Origin: a virus
Lineage: Duplodnaviria; Caudoviricetes
Virus record (IMG/VR): IMGVR_UViG_3300035145_003654
Location: 1 to 59,049 of that record
Direction: 5' to 3' (one strand)
Length of the DNA stretch: 59,049 nt
Part shown: positions 56,693 to 59,049 of the stretch, in pieces
Numbering within the stretch: position 1 is the first letter of the stretch
Layout: every line of letters begins with the position of its first letter
Position numbers and translations under genes: made by a program
Notes under the pieces: model-generated
Databases searched by the model: none
The model's input: the letters and a program-made list of their open reading frames with translations, nothing else
Told to the model about the DNA's origin: nothing

Positions 56693-56753
56693 TCGTCATT
56701 TGAAGATTTGTGGGATCTAAAACCTTTTCGTATATTCATGGGGTAAAGTTAAG
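56684..56753 (+). promoter_or_regulatory. Promoter with GTCAT-N6-GTCAT element
   Basis: GTCAT at 56684 and 56695; TATATTCA at 56731. Confidence 0.75.
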
Positions 56754-56756
56754 CAC

Positions 56757-57320
56757 ATGAAAGAAGCGATTACACAAAAAGTTGGTTATACTGGTTGGCA
56801 TGGAACCACGATTGTTGAAGAGTTGAAGCCTGAATATTTTGTTGATAGTGGAAGCTTGGCAGCGAGTCAAAGTGAATTGGCAAAACGTGAGACTAATGAC
56901 TGTGTTGTTCGAGCGTTTATGGGTGCTCTTGATTTGCCTTATGATCGTGCTCATGGGTTTGTTAAGAAAAACCTGGGGCGTAAGTTTGGAAAAGGTACCT
57001 ACACCTCCGCTACTATTCAGAGTGTGTTGGGTAAGGTGAAAAATGGTTACAAGTTGAGGCCTTATGGTTGCCACCCCGACAAGAAGTGGATTATGGAGCC
57101 TAAAGGTTTCAAAGTGATTACCAACCCAAAATACAAGAATAAGAAGGTTGGTTACACGTTGAAGTCGTTTATTGAAGCTCATCCTAAAGGTCGTTATTTT
57201 GTGATTCTTGAGCGACATGCGGTTGCAGTAGTGAATGGTGTGCTTTATGGAAACAAGTGTGAGCAACGCCAGGCGCTGTACCGCCGAGTGAATTGGATTG
57301 TTAAATGTGAAGAAAAATAA
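56757..57320 (+). CDS. Hypothetical early protein with Cys/His pair (papain-like?)
   Basis: NDCVVRA ... HAVAVVNG. Confidence 0.6.
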   Translation: MKEAITQKVGYTGWHGTTIVEELKPEYFVDSGSLAASQSELAKRETNDCVVRAFMGALDLPYDRAHGFVKKNLGRKFGKGTYTSATIQSVLGKVKNGYKLRPYGCHPDKKWIMEPKGFKVITNPKYKNKKVGYTLKSFIEAHPKGRYFVILERHAVAVVNGVLYGNKCEQRQALYRRVNWIVKCEEK

Positions 57321-57326
57321 TTAAAC

Positions 57327-58503
57327 ATGAGTATTTTAAAAGACTTAAACCTTGATATTAGGAAAGCAATGGATGCTGATAAGGAATTGTATCAACATTC
57401 ACACGCTGCCTTGATTCGTAACATGCAGAAAGCTACACTGGTTACTGATTTGCCTGTTAGCACTGCAAGTACTCTCATTGGTTATGGAGAGCAAGTTGGA
57501 ATGAAGTTTGAAAGTGATAATTTTGTTCTTAGATTGTATCAAATTTTTGGAAAGTAATGCCTAATATGAGCTACTGCCGGTTTGAAAATACGATGAGTGA
57601 TCTTCGTGATTGTTTAGACCACATTAACCGCAAAGCGGAAAATGAATATGACGAACGAGCACGTCAACAAATGATTGAATTGTTTAAAGAAATTGCTGAA
57701 GACTACGAAGGTGATGTAGTTGGGTACTCAGAAAATCAGTATTAAAATGAGTGAAGTTAAATTTGAAGAGTTTCATAACATGAGTTATGATGATCAACTC
57801 AAGCACGTTGAAGATCAACTGAAGCGTGTTAGGGAGTCTAAGGAAAACAATGCTAAGTCTATTAGGCAGTTGGAAGGTTTTATTGAAAACTGTAATGAGC
57901 AGATTGAAGTGTTGTTGGAGATGAAGTTTAATGTCCTCCACCAACAGAGGATGGATGAAGCGTTGAGTAAGATCAAGAGTAACGTGTTTGGAGACTGATG
58001 AGTGGGTTTATTGCTGGGTGTGTTGTGTCCCTAATTCTCACAGCAATTGGAGTAGCTGCTATTATGTACTCTCGTACTATTAGTGGTATGGCTTCAGTTA
58101 GTATTATTCAAGCAGCAATGTTTGCTAAGCTAATGCTTGGTTGTATATTTACCCTAGCATTAATTAAGCTTGCTCCATTTGAGGTTGATTTGTGGGGTTA
58201 TGCTTTGACACTAGGAACTTATAGCTGTGCTGGCTTTCCAACACTTGCTTACTTTATGATGAAAAACGATTTTAAAAAATGAATATTACAATGGAACAAG
58301 ACACTACTTACATGTCATTGTATGATTACCTTGGTAGAGCAGCTGGTCAACAATTGGGTGGTGAAGTAAATAAAGCTGCTGTTGAGAAGAAAATTGGATT
58401 TAAACAACGTTTTATCTCTAATCCTGCTTATCATGGTAATGTTCACCTTTACCCTGTGGAATTTTTGAATGAATATTTTGGAAATGATGGAACAAACAAA
58501 TAA
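57327..58503 (+). other. Run of small hypothetical genes (57327, 57557, ~57747, 57998 membrane protein, 58279)
   Basis: Abutting + strand ORFs; 57557 begins MPNMSYCRFENT. Confidence 0.6.
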
Positions 58504-58816
58504 ACTACTTAGGTGGGTAATTTTCTTACTTGCTATTATTGCTGTTAACACCTGTAATGCCCAACGTATTTTTGTTACTGATAACCAATACGAGGCTAAT
58601 TACCAAATCTTTATTACTAACAATCGTTATGAGGCTGATTGGATTATTTACCAAACTGATAACCAATTTGAAGCCGATGCTAATAGAGGTAGGTGGTTTG
58701 TAACTAAAAATAGGTATCAAGCTAATTACATTATGTATTTTACTGATAATCGTTACATGGCTGATAAGATCATATATTTAACTACAAACAAGTACGAAGC
58801 TAAAATGAGTATGTGA
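58484..58816 (+). CDS. Exported repeat protein (about 6 x 13-aa (I/W)FxTxNxYEA(N/D) repeats)
   Basis: Signal peptide ending CNA-Q followed by tandem repeats. Confidence 0.7.
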   Translation: MMEQTNKLLRWVIFLLAIIAVNTCNAQRIFVTDNQYEANYQIFITNNRYEADWIIYQTDNQFEADANRGRWFVTKNRYQANYIMYFTDNRYMADKIIYLTTNKYEAKMSM

Positions 58817-59049
58817 TGCAAAATGATCCTGCGTTTGAAAACAACCCTTATTTAACTGTTTATCCTAGTATAATGGACCCCGGAAATGGAAATGGAGGTG
58901 GTCCTGATGAAAGTGATTGTGAGCCATGTTACCAAGTAAATCCACCTGGTTGGTGTAACAATCCAAATCACCCCTGTTACAATTGTTGTAACCCTATTCC
59001 TGTTGAACCTGGTATTTTAGGATTAGGAATGATGCTTGCGTTTGGGGTA
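58816..59049 (+). CDS. Cys/Pro-rich small protein with PID-CTERM-like membrane anchor (3'-truncated, not in ORF track)
   Basis: MQNDPAFENN...CEPC..WC..PCYNCCNPIPVEPGILGLGMMLAFGV, running off the window. Confidence 0.5.
   Translation, partial: MQNDPAFENNPYLTVYPSIMDPGNGNGGGPDESDCEPCYQVNPPGWCNNPNHPCYNCCNPIPVEPGILGLGMMLAFGV

Overview
A 59-kb segment of a large lytic dsDNA phage with a T4-like replication module, almost entirely coding on the + strand in the standard code. The host is very probably a Bacteroidota (Flavobacteriia-like) bacterium, based on TTG..TAnnTTTG-type promoters, Shine-Dalgarno-less A-rich leaders and T9SS sorting domains. In order it carries: the 3' part of nrdA; a holin/spanin-like trio; a 7-deazaguanine cluster (TGT/DpdA-like gene, queC, queD, queE, with hpt-folE-MazG-like genes 7 kb away); two large secreted proteins with T9SS type A and type B C-terminal domains; thyX; a PiT-like transporter; a split family-B DNA polymerase, sliding clamp and clamp loader; Hsp20/GroES/GroEL; and a large glycosyltransferase/sugar-modification region. 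These are followed by nine tRNA genes interleaved with a ~345-nt highly structured non-coding RNA, pseudoknotted spacers and small ORFs, then an early-type region whose promoters carry a precisely spaced GTCAT-N6-GTCAT direct repeat, and a block of probable internal virion proteins. The most notable observations are the unassigned structured RNA, single ORFs enclosed by long-range inverted repeats, the fixed-geometry promoter element and the phage-encoded T9SS cargo. All calls come from motif reading by eye; no database searches were run.
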